A DNA stretch of 64,000 nt. It comes from Azolla caroliniana (lineage: Eukaryota > Plantae > Polypodiophyta). Location: the NCBI GenBank assembly GCA_043228905.1, contig JBHGNT010000016.1:10850001-10914000 (forward strand). The letters run 5' to 3'. Made by a program: the position numbers and the translations under genes. Shown one piece after another: positions 22,802 through 33,501 of the stretch. The number at the start of each line of letters is the position of its first letter. Within the stretch, counting starts at the first letter, position 1. The notes beneath the pieces were generated by a model. That model made no database searches. It saw nothing but the letters and a program-made list of their open reading frames with translations, and was not told where the DNA came from.

Positions 22802-23225
22802 TGTTGGCCGGTCAGAGAAGGCAAATGGGAAAGCAAGGTCGGATCGGATAATTATAGAAATAGGAATAGAATTATTAGGAGGGACGGATCCGGTAGTTGT
22901 AACCGATCCGGATCCGAACCGATTCGGTTTCGGTTAATGGTTGCTTATCGAGCACCGATTGTAATCTGGCCGGATGCCTATAAAAGGATCCGATGTTTTG
23001 TAATGAAAGCGCAAAAGAATTAATATAGTTTTGCTTATGCTGATTAATCTTGTCTTCGTCTGTGCTTAAGTGTAATTATCATACGCGTGTATTAACATCC
23101 TATCCCTACCACCCCTTTGGAGAAGTGTCGGATAGACACCTGTGTTGCGGCTAGTCCAGCCATACATACAACACTATTTTGGCGACCACGATTCCTGCAG
23201 AGTGCAGAGGACAACCGGGGGATGG

Positions 23226-26200
23226 ATGTCTAGACAAAATAACGACCACACCACCGAAAGAGGGAGACGCCACGCCGAACGGCAGCGACGACGGGAAGCC
23301 CTGCAGCAAGCCGTCGACGAGATCCGGCGCGATCGGTCATTCTCAAAAACGCTTCGGCAAATCGCAGAAGACGCACTGCAGTTCCAGGTTCTACAAGCTT
23401 CAGACGAAGGCAGTAGCATAACCAGCCTCCAAGAAGCGGAGACACTACTACAGACTCTCGCTGGCGGCGACAGGGACGCAGCGGCATTTGCAACATTAGA
23501 GGCGGATTCGGATAGCGGGGAAAGCGTGGGATTCCGCTATAAAAGCAGCCACGAGAACAACCCCTTTGAGTCGGATCACTCAGCAACATCGGAGCCAGAG
23601 GAGGAAGTAACTCTGGAGTTCGGTGACCGGCAATCGCCGAGGAGGGAGGAGCGGATACCAACACCACCCGTGGAGGAACCGCAGGAGCGGTTATCAACAC
23701 CACCCGCGGAGGAACCGCAGGAGCGGTTATCAACACCACCCGCGGAGGAACCGCAGGAGCGGTTATCAACACCACCCGCGAAGGAACCGCAGGAGCGGAT
23801 ACCAACACCACCTGCGGAGGAACCGCAGGAGCGGAGACCGACATCGGAGGAACCAGCGCAGGAGAATCAGTGGGACGACACGATGCCGTATCCGTACCCA
23901 AAGTATCGGGATGAGCCCGACGGAGAGGCACATGTGTATGCATTCCTGTGAACATGGGAAGCCAACCACGTGTCCCAGAGACTGACGGAGCCCGAGGCCG
24001 ACCGATCCAAACTCGCCGAATTCGGCATGACATTAGAAGGACCGGCGGCCCGGTGGCACGACAAACACTTACCAGGCAGCTTCGCCACGTTCGAGGCATT
24101 GAAAACCCAGTTTTTACGCTTGTTTCATAGACGAGTGGAACAAAGGGAATTGGTCGGACAATTCTACACCACTCGGCAGGGAGAAAACGAGACGGTCCCA
24201 CAATTTATCATTCGTTTCCAGACCTTGCACAGTCAATTAGCAAGAGCACCACCCGAAGAGGAGGCCAAGGCAGTCTTTTTGGCTGCGTTAAAAGACCCAC
24301 TTCGAGCGATGTGTGGAATCATCGATTTCAGCACCAGCACAATGGACCAAGTCATTGATCGGGTCCTGGAAATGGACAACACGAGCCCCTTCTTGCCGAT
24401 GGGGGCGTTACACCAGGCGCTTCCGAAGGAGGAGGACCTCCGGTTCCGACAAGCCCTACAATGCACAACATGCCTAAATTCGGGGCACTCGACCGTTGAC
24501 TGCACCCTGCGCGCACAGTGCATGATATGCAATTCTCGCGCCCACACAACGAACCAATGCGAGTATAACCTGTTAACTCGACAAGCGGCACCGGTCCGAC
24601 ACATAGAACCGCGCAATCGGGACCCGGAAGAGGATCGATTCCGGAGGGACGACCGCTACCGACGAGAACGCGGCGACAGATACCCCGATAGAAGACGCGA
24701 CAGCTATGACCGAGAGGAGAACCGAAGGGATAGCTACCCACTGGACCGGTACGACCGAGAGGAGAACCGAAGGGATAGCTACCCCCGGGACCGGTACGAC
24801 CGAGACGAATCCCCGGAATACGAGCGACGCAGAGAAGAAAGGCGGCCAGGGAACCGGAATTTCCGACGGAACCAAAGGCGTGGATTCTTCCGTAGAGAGG
24901 AGCGTCGGGAGGCAACAAGGAACGACAAACCAGTAGCGGCACCGGAGAACCAAAAGACCGAGGACAACCGCCGGGGAATGCCCCTCCCCCAAACATGGGA
25001 AAAAGGAGAATCCAGCAACACGCACAGGGTGTACTGTTATCACTGCCGAAAAGAAGGGCATTACAGTAATCAATGCCCAAGCAAAACAGCCGACAAGCAG
25101 CCAGCCGTCAACATGGTGACAGCCGAAGTACAGCAGGTTACCACACGGTCGAAGGGGAAGGCCGCCGAATGGGAAGCCCAGGAAGCAATCAGAAAACAAG
25201 CGGCACAATGGATCAAAGAAGCCAACGAACAAGGTGCGGCGGAAGTAAGAAATCAAAATATGCCAAGGGAGGAAGAAATCGTACAGCCAGGAGAAAACCC
25301 GACATGGCAAGCACTACAAGATTGTCAGATCGTGCTGCCGTTGGCACGGTTACTGCAGTTGTTGCCGCGGTTTACAGCAGACTTACAAGCCGCCGTGAGC
25401 AAACCGACGCCGACGCCAGCACCGGCATTTTTCTCCAACCCGGAGGAAGGCCCGGCGGTGGTTGATACCAGTAGCCCAGCAATAACGACAATCGTCAAAG
25501 CAAAGGAGATCCCAGGAACAATTATTGACGGAGGCTCCGGGGTGAACGTCATTAGTCTACAGACATGCGACGACCTAGGCATCCAGGAGTGGGAACCATG
25601 CCCCTTCTGGTTACGCATGGCGGATACAAGCTCAGTCCGACCAACTGGTCTTATCCGGGACTTGGAAGTAACAATAGGAGGCCACGTATTCCGAATATCG
25701 GCCGTGGTACTAGAGCTGAATGTACAAGGCGCATATCCCCTACTGTTGGGACGACCATGGCTGCGAACGGCGCATATCAAGCAAAACTGGCAAAAGAATA
25801 TGATCACGTTCCGACGGGGGAAAACAAAGGTACGGGTAGCCACGCAACCACGGGTACTCACCAGCAAGGAGGCAACCCCTTTATACGCCGAAAGCATCAA
25901 CATGTTGGAGGGCTTACCGGATGAGGAAGTTGATCGGTACCTCGAGGAACACCCACAGATCGTCCCACTTTTTGAGGTGGATATCACGGCAGCAGTAGAG
26001 CCGTACATCACAATGCCGGACGAGCCGGACAAAGTGGCGATCCGGGAACTACGCCAAGCACAGGAAGCCCTAGAAAGAGAAATGACGATATCCCAAAGGG
26101 TGAAAGCATCCCAGCTGGAAGAGGTGGACCTCGGCACAACAGAACAACCCCGACCGGTAAAAGTCGCGAAGGAATTGCCGAAGGAGGAAAAACAGGCAAT

Positions 26201-29078
26201 GGTAGCACTGTTAACGGATTTCAAGGACGTGTTCGCATGGTCATACGAAGACATGCGAGGGTTGGACCCCCAGCTCTACCAGCACCAAATTCATCTAAGT
26301 ACTGACGCGAAACCCATCGCTCAACGTCGGTACCGGATGAATCCAAACTATGCGGCAAAGGTGAAGGAGGAAATTGACAAGCTTCTCCGGGTCGGATTTA
26401 TCCGACCAGTCAAGCAGGCAACCTGGCTAAGCCCGATAGTGGTGGTCCCGAAAAAGAACGGCAAAATCCGGGTATGTGTGGACTACAGGAAACTAAATGC
26501 CGCGACAGTGACCGACGCTTTTCCACTACCATTCACGGACGGAGTGCTAGATGCGGTGGCCGGCCACGAAGTTTACACCTTCCTGGATGGATTCAGCGGC
26601 TACAACCAAATCCGAATGAACCCGGCCGACCAAGAGAAAACAGCGTTCGTGACGGAATGGGGAGTGTTCGTCGCGGTCGTGATGATGTTCGGATTAAAGA
26701 CAGCCCCTGCAACATTTCAAAGGATAATTATGGAAATCTTCGGAGATTTTATTCCCGGTTTTATGCAGGTCTTCCTAGACGATTTCGCCGTCTACAGCCG
26801 ACACGGAGAGCATCTCGATCACCTACGACTATGCTTAGAAAAGTGCCGCGAGTACCGATTAAGTCTGAACCCGGCTAAGTGCGTCTTTGGAGTCGCAAGC
26901 GGCAACTTGTTAGGCCACGTGGTGAGTCGGGAAGGAATCGCGGTAGATCCGGATAAGGTAAAAGCAATTCTCGACGCACCGGCACCGAATAGCGCAAAGG
27001 CTTTAAGCCGATTCCTTGGTCAAATAAGGTGGCATAGTCGGATGATACGGCACCTTGCCGACTTTGCTACACCATTACACGCTGCTGTACATAGAGTACC
27101 TTTCCAATGGACAGAAACAGAGGACAAAGCCTACCAAGCGTTGAAGGTAATGTTGTCACAAGCTCCGGTGGTGCAGCCGCCGGACTGGAGTAAAAGCTTT
27201 CACGTCTTCGTCGACGCGTCGGACGTAGCAATCGGCAGCGTTTTGATGCAACTCACGGAACCGAACTGGTATCGGCCGGTGTACTACGCAAGCAGGAAAC
27301 TCTCGAAAGCCGAACGGAACTACTCTACAACGGAACGAGAGGCATTAGGAATGGTGTACAGTGTCACAAAGTACAGGCACTATCTGCTCGGACGAAAGTT
27401 CTCCTTCCACGTTGACCACTCGGCACTACTCTACCTGGTCTCAAAGGCAGCCCTGACAGGAAAACTCGCACGATGGACGCTGCTATTACAGGAATTCGAA
27501 TTCGACATTTTCCACCGACCCGGGGTGCAGCATGCGGTAGCAGACTACCTGAGCAGACTAGAATCCGGAGAATCAGGGGACGGCGTACAGGACGAATTTC
27601 CCGACGCCGAGCTGTTTAAGGTCACGACGGCACCGGCAACGGAGACCACAGTAGCGGACGAAGACAAATGGTTAACCGAAATGCATCAGTTCCTGAGCAC
27701 CGGAGTTCCCCCGGAAAACCTGGACCGAGACGAACGGAAAAGGATGGCAGTACGGAGCAGACATTTCTGCTTGGTAGGAGACACCCTCTATCACAAGGGG
27801 GCAGATGGCGTATGGAGGCGAGCAGTGCGGAGCGATGAAAAGGATCTGATCCTGAGGGAAGCCCACTGTGGAATTGCGGGCGGGCATTATGCCGGCGAAA
27901 CAACAGCCCGGAAGATATGGCAGAGCGGACTATGGTGGCCGACTACCATGAGAGATGCCGTTAAGTATAGCAGGGAATGTGACCTGTGTCAACGACTGGG
28001 CCAACCCACGGAGCAGGCCCGGATGCCACATCACCCGGTCTTGCCATTAGAACCATTCCAAAAGTGGGGCTTGGACTTTGTTGGCCCCTTTAAGCCACCG
28101 GCAATGCGGACCGGAAATAGGTATATAATAGTGGCTACCGACTACTGCACCAAATGGGTAGAAGCAAAGGCACTACGGGACAACACGGCGGCGTCCACGG
28201 CCAAATTTTTATATGAATGCATATGGTGTCGGTACGGATGCCCGATTGAGCTGATCAGTGACCAGGGAGGACATTTCCTCGGGCAGGTGGTGGAAAGTTT
28301 GACATCATTCTATGCGGTAGTACACAAACGAAGCACTCCCTACTACCCTCAAGCCAACGGATTAGCGGAATCAACAAATAAAACGCTACAGAACATCCTT
28401 AGAAAAATCGTCAATGAGAATCGGACCGACTGGGACACGAAGTTGCAGAGCGTGCTGTGGGCATACCGAACGGCGTACAAGACTAGCATCCGGACGACCC
28501 CGTTCCGACTGGCATTCGGCTTGGAAGCAGTCATGCCAGTAGAATTCCAAATTCCTAGCTTAAGAATACAGGTTAAGGAGCGGTTAAGCGAGAAGGAATC
28601 CGAACGAATCCGGCTGAAGAGGCTGTTAGAACTAGAAGAAAATCGAATAGCCAGCCTGCTACAGCTAGAACTAGAGCAAAGGAGGAGGAAAGCCTTTGTA
28701 GACCGACACCGGCGCGGTAACGAAAAGGAATTCGAGGTCGGGAAACCTGTATTACTGTTCCAGACAAGGATGGGGAGCATGCCAGGGAAATTGCGATTTC
28801 GGTGGACCGGACCATTCTGGATCACAAAGGAGTACAATGGGTCTTACCAGCTCGGGACGTTGTCAGGAGAAGTTGTGGGCAAATGGGCAAATGGCTTTCG
28901 CCTAAAACCGTATAAGGGGCACATGCCAGCTAACCCCTTCAAGCAAGACCCGGACATCCTGAATGGCGAGGAACCGACACAGATACGAAAGACCAAGGAA
29001 CCGACACCGACGCGTAACAACGAGGAACCGACAACAGTACGCACCGACCCGAACACATCGGGGGGAACCGAACAATGA
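23226..29078 (+). pseudogene. Z single-frame gag-pol with one premature TGA (23949-23951)
   Basis: ORFs 23142-23951 and 23970-29078 share a frame. Retrotrans_gag-like region, 3 CCHC knuckles, PR IIDGGSGVN, RT FLDGFSGYNQI/FLDDF, RH FVDASD...ERNYSTTERE, INT KWGLDFVGP...WTGPF. Confidence 0.92.
23651..23860 (+). repeat. 36-bp coding tandem repeat (PPAEEPQERLST, ~5 copies) in Z gag
   Basis: ACCACCCGCGGAGGAACCGCAGGAGCGGTTATCAAC units seen directly. Confidence 0.9.
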
Positions 29079-29098
29079 TGAGGCACGTGGATTTTAAG

Positions 29099-29143
<45 letters not shown>
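29099..29143 (+). repeat. 45-nt poly(A) tract between pol and the extra ORF of Z
   Basis: Seen directly. Confidence 0.95.
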
Positions 29144-29145
<2 letters not shown>

Positions 29146-29663
29146 ATGACGTGGTATGACGGTTAGAAATCAATGTAATGATGAAGGAAGTAGTTACAAC
29201 CGTCACACGGGTGCACGAGCTATTTAAAGCACAGAACGCGGGTGGCCGAGGTACAAGATTTAACACGCGCGGCAATCAAGGAGTCATAATGACAGACACG
29301 TAGGAGATTCGACACACGCGGCAAAGAAGCGCAGGCATGACACGCGGCAGCAAAGGACAGACATGCTATTCATGACAGAGCATGCGCAGGCGCCAAAAAT
29401 AGGACATGCTATTCGAGGCAGAGGACGTGCAGACGCCAAAATTAAAGAGTGACATGCTAATTATGGCAGAAGATACGCACGCGCGAAAAAGAGGAAAAGG
29501 CGGCTCAAGGGAAACGCCACTATATAAAGAAAGAACCGGAGAAGGGTTCACTTTTTACGAATTTTCCCACAAGCAAACGCAGGCTCAAGACAGCGAGATC
29601 CGACGCGCAGAACACCTACACCCCGACCTCAGACCACAGGCAGCAGCAGACGAAGAAGAAGCA

Positions 29664-32545
29664 ATGGCACTATCGGAAGGAGCACGACAATGGCTGACGG
29701 AGAACGGATTAGGAGGGCTGCTGCGGGTCGCTGACGCTCCACCACACAAGGAACCAGAGCAGGCGGCAACAGCAGTGGACCTGGCAGAAGTCACCGAAGG
29801 AGCGGTACAAGCGCTCACCGGGATTGCGGAGGGTGGACTTCAAACAATAGAGCTACCCTCGAGCCAAATATTCTTCGAGTATTTCGGCGAATATTCCCTC
29901 AGCAGCAGGGCGGAGAGAACCTGCTGTTCGGAGAGGTGGCCCGCGCCCTGATGGAGTATGGGTTCGTGAACCCTCGTCCGGCAGCCATAGCCAAATACCG
30001 AGCAGCGATCGTCATCGCGACATTCGAAGGCCTGCAGGTGGACTGGCTCCACTTCATCACCGACGGACTGAAAGAGGCGATAAAGCACTTGGTGGAAGGG
30101 AAGAAGCCATGGGCCGGAATATCCCAATGGTTAACAGTGTTGGTCCCACCGGTGTCCCCCATCAAGCACAAGCAAAGAAGTCGGCAGGAGACTATGCCGA
30201 AGCAAACCATGAAGCGCCGACGAATCCTAGAGAAACACACTCTAGGATGGACACAGGAAGAAGAAGCGCCGCCAGAAGAGGGATCATCCCGACAGCCGCG
30301 GAAAGAAGGCTCATCTCGACAACCGAGGGAAGAAGACTCCTCCCGACAGCAACGGGAGGAAGGCTCATCACGGCAACCTCAGAAACAGCAACAGCAACCG
30401 ACAACGAAGAAGAAAAAGGCGGAAAAAGGCAAGGAGAAGCTGGCAAAGAAGACCAGCAAGAGGCAAACCGACACCGAACCAGTCACGCTCGAATCGGAAC
30501 CGGTATCAGTAAAGGAACCAACAGTGGCACCGACGGAGGACGCCGAAACAGAGGAAGAGTCATCCGAACCGATGTTAATACTACCACCCAGGCAAGGAAA
30601 GGAAAAACGGGCGACAAGACCGACCCCAACAGCGGTCGGAACTCAACAACGGGCGGAAGAACCAGTAACCGGGACAGAAGCGACACAGGATGAAGGTTCG
30701 TCTGCACCAAAGACAGCAGTACCGGAACCGACGACGGCGGAGTTCGAAGAACCAAGGAAGGAACAAGCGCCGGAGCAAGAGAAGAGGCCGGAAAAACAGT
30801 CGGAGCTAGGTACGCCTGCTCACACCAACGAAGGCAGAACAAAGGCACAGTGGCTAAGGTGGGTGTCAGGGCAGTTGTCGGGAGTAGCAGACCAGATGGA
30901 GAGAGAGGAGGAGCAAAGAGAAGAAGTGAATAGGACGACGACTAAGGATATGGTCATGCTCCGGGCACAATTACATGAGCTACAAGAAGAGCTAGCACAG
31001 GCAAAAGAAGGCAGCCGACAAGCACAAGATGGCACCGAGCCGGTCGGGACATCAGAAAAGAAAGCCGAACCAGAAACGGAGAGGGGCTTGCAAACCGGCC
31101 CTGAGACCGAGAAGTTAATAGCAACTTTGAAAGAAGAATTACAGGCTCAGGAGGCATTGAGAGATAACGAAAGAGAGCAGCGGAAGTTGGTAGAAGACGA
31201 CAGACGGCGAATGGAGGAAGGCCTTCGCCGAAGCAAAGCCACCAATGACCGACTACAAGAAGAAAACGGGACACTGCAAAAGGAGAAAGATAGGCTGCGC
31301 CGACGAATGGAGCAAGAAATCGAGCGGTTGCGAGAGGAACTCCGACAACAAAAGGACCGGGATGATCGGTTGCGAGATCAGGCGAACCGACGCCTAAAAC
31401 AGAAGACGGAGGAATTCGACCGACTGTGTAAGGATTATAAACAGGCCACGTCGGACATCAAGAATCAGGCAGCATCGTACGACCGACAGTTAGAGAAGCT
31501 GAAAGAGCAGCTCAAGGAAAACCGCTTGGAATTGTCCAAAGCAAGGGAGGAAGTGTCGGTGGAGAAGACCTTGACGTCGGAACAAAGAAAAGAGATGGAA
31601 GTGCTTCGGCAGAAAGTAGGGGAGCTGACAAAGAGCAGGAATGAGGAGAAAGTGAAGTTGACTTTCGAAATCAACAAATGGCGGAGTACCTGTGACAAGC
31701 AAAAAGTCGACTCTGAAGCTCAAGCTCAGTTAATGGCCGACATCATCAAACGGATAAGGAAGGAAAAACAAGCAGCTTCGGAACAGGCTAAAGCAGGGGT
31801 TGACCGAATTAAGTTCATAATGTCAAGTTGGAGTACCCGAGCTCAGGCCAGCATAAATGAAAGCACGGAGAAACTCTGGAAGGAATGGGCACAACAGGCA
31901 GCTGAACTGCAGACACTCCGAGCTGATGCAGAAAATCGGAAGAAAACTGGAGATAGGTTCTATAAAATGGACGAAGAAAGTATCGTCAACATCCGGGAAG
32001 AATTGTCGGAGGATTTCTATGCTCTAGCAGAAGAGCATCTCAAGGAAATCCGAGGGTTAGTAGAGAGGTTGGATGACGGGCAGCTCGAAACCCAACTAGA
32101 ATTGGAAGGGTACGAGAAGGAGCGACTGCGACAGGAAGCCGAGGGACACACAACGCCGATCTCCATTAGTGAGGGCGAGCGACCGGCTGAAGAGGACCCA
32201 ACCAACAATGCACCCCGACAAGAATTACCCGAGGAAGAACTTCCGGAGCAAGAGCAGGTTGATGCCGGGGATGATGCAGAGTGGAGACAGAGAAGTACCG
32301 AATCCGGGGAGGAAAGGACACAACCAGTGGAAACCGGAGAAAGCGATACCGGGAACGGAACGGAGGTAGAGCAGGACAGACCCGGACAGGATACAGAAGA
32401 AACACCGGTACTACCGGTACAAGCAGAGTCGGAGCAGCAAGATGCGGAAAGGCAGCCAATCCAATCGGAAGTCGGAGACGGCACAGGCAAAACAACACTT
32501 GAAACCTCTGAGCGGAGTTTGCTGGATAATTTGGAGGAAGACTGA
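29664..32545 (+). CDS. Z extra ORF: N-terminal globular domain, long coiled coil, acidic tail; one frameshift near 29910
   Basis: MALSEGARQWLTENGLGGLL... in one frame joins GENLLFGEVARALMEYGF...VDWLHFI... (869-aa ORF 29936-32545). E/K/R/Q-rich helical region at ~30900-32140. TATATAAA at 29521. Confidence 0.75.
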
Positions 32546-32972
32546 AGCCGGCTGTGGGTTCGAAGTGCAATGCACTTTCCCACGGGCGTGCCATGTGTTG
32601 GCCGGTCAGAGAAGGCAAATGGGAAAGCAAGGTCAGATCGGATAATTATAGAAATAGGAATAGAATTATTAGGAGGGACGGATCCGGTAGTTGTAACCGA
32701 TCCGGATCCGAACCGATTCGGTTTCGGTTAATGGTTGCTTATCGAGCACCGATTGTAATCTGGCCGGATGCCTATAAAAGGATCCGATGTTTTGTAATGA
32801 AAGCGCAAAAGAATTAATATAGTTTTGCTTATGCTGATTAATCTTGTCTTCGTCTGTGCTTAAGTGTAATTATCATACGCGTGTATTAACATCCTATCCC
32901 TACCACCCCTTTGGAGAAGTGTCGGATAGACACCTGTGTTGCGGCTAGTCCAGCCATACATACAACACTCCC

Positions 32973-33044
32973 TCGCTTGCTCTTTGGTTCGAGACCCCCG
33001 CGGTCCCGCCTCATCTCCACACGCACTTGCGAAATATCTCGACA
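32973..33044 (+). repeat. 3' LTR of Y, terminal part
   Basis: Matches 16277-16348, ends CTCGACA. Confidence 0.93.
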
Positions 33045-33493
33045 GCGTGATAATCGTAGACGATTCGTCAATCTATGAAGGCATAATTGTAAATAATTAC
33101 AATTTGAAGTAGAACATTGTGATACACACTTACATTGATTTATAGAATAAGGGAATGTTGACATCCATATTACTACAAGTATTTTAGGATGTGAAATGTT
33201 CAAATGTCTTATATGCATTTTAGGATGTAGAACTATATTGTACATCACAAAATTGTGTAAACATAGATGTTTTTTACAATATTATAGATATTTTTTAGAA
33301 AGGTAAATAATTTTCAAATTCTAGAAGTATTTTACGTACTATACGTAAAATACGTATTTTACGTATTTTACATATTTTATAAGTATTTAACATATTAAGA
33401 AAACGTATTTAACGTATTTTTAAATTGGGAGGTACTATACAGGTATTAATACGTTAAATACGTATAGTATCTGTACCGTACCTAACAACCTTG
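33045..33493. mobile_element. hAT-type MITE, right part
   Basis: AT-rich, TACGTA/ACGTATTT subterminal repeats, terminus ...GTACCTAACAACCTTG. Confidence 0.65.
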
Positions 33494-33501
33494 CTCTTGT
33501 C

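Larger units (their letters stand above)
22802..32967 (+). mobile_element. Gypsy element Z (non-chromovirus, Athila/OTA-like), very young, with an extra ORF
   Basis: 372-bp LTRs at 22802-23173 and 32596-32967 with one visible mismatch. TGTTG...CAACA termini. 5-bp TSD CTCCC (22797-22801 and 32968-32972). PBS TGGCGACCAC at 23180-23189 (tRNA-Arg-like). Confidence 0.96.
15544..33044 (+). mobile_element. Gypsy element Y, very young, GC-rich, tRNA-Trp primed
   Basis: 5' LTR 15544-16348 (805 bp). 3' LTR 22070-22801 + 32973-33044 (804 bp), differing by about 3 transitions and 1 indel. TSD GCGT on both sides. PBS 16353-16370. PPT AGGTGGGGGCGGA before 22070. Confidence 0.95.

Noticed and set aside
23651-23860. 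36-bp repeats superficially like a CRISPR array
   Set aside because: Head-to-tail with no unique spacers, in frame within gag, eukaryotic context.
23949-23951. Programmed stop-codon readthrough in Z
   Set aside because: The stop lies inside gag rather than at a gag/pol boundary and lacks a UGA-C or CARYYA context; a CpG transition is simpler.
29099-29143. Poly(A) tail of a LINE/SINE inserted in Z
   Set aside because: No upstream element body or TSD; it starts 20 bp after the pol stop.
29936-32545. Retroviral env gene or captured host SMC/myosin gene
   Set aside because: No signal peptide or transmembrane stretch, and no ATPase or motor motifs; coiled-coil similarity alone is non-specific.
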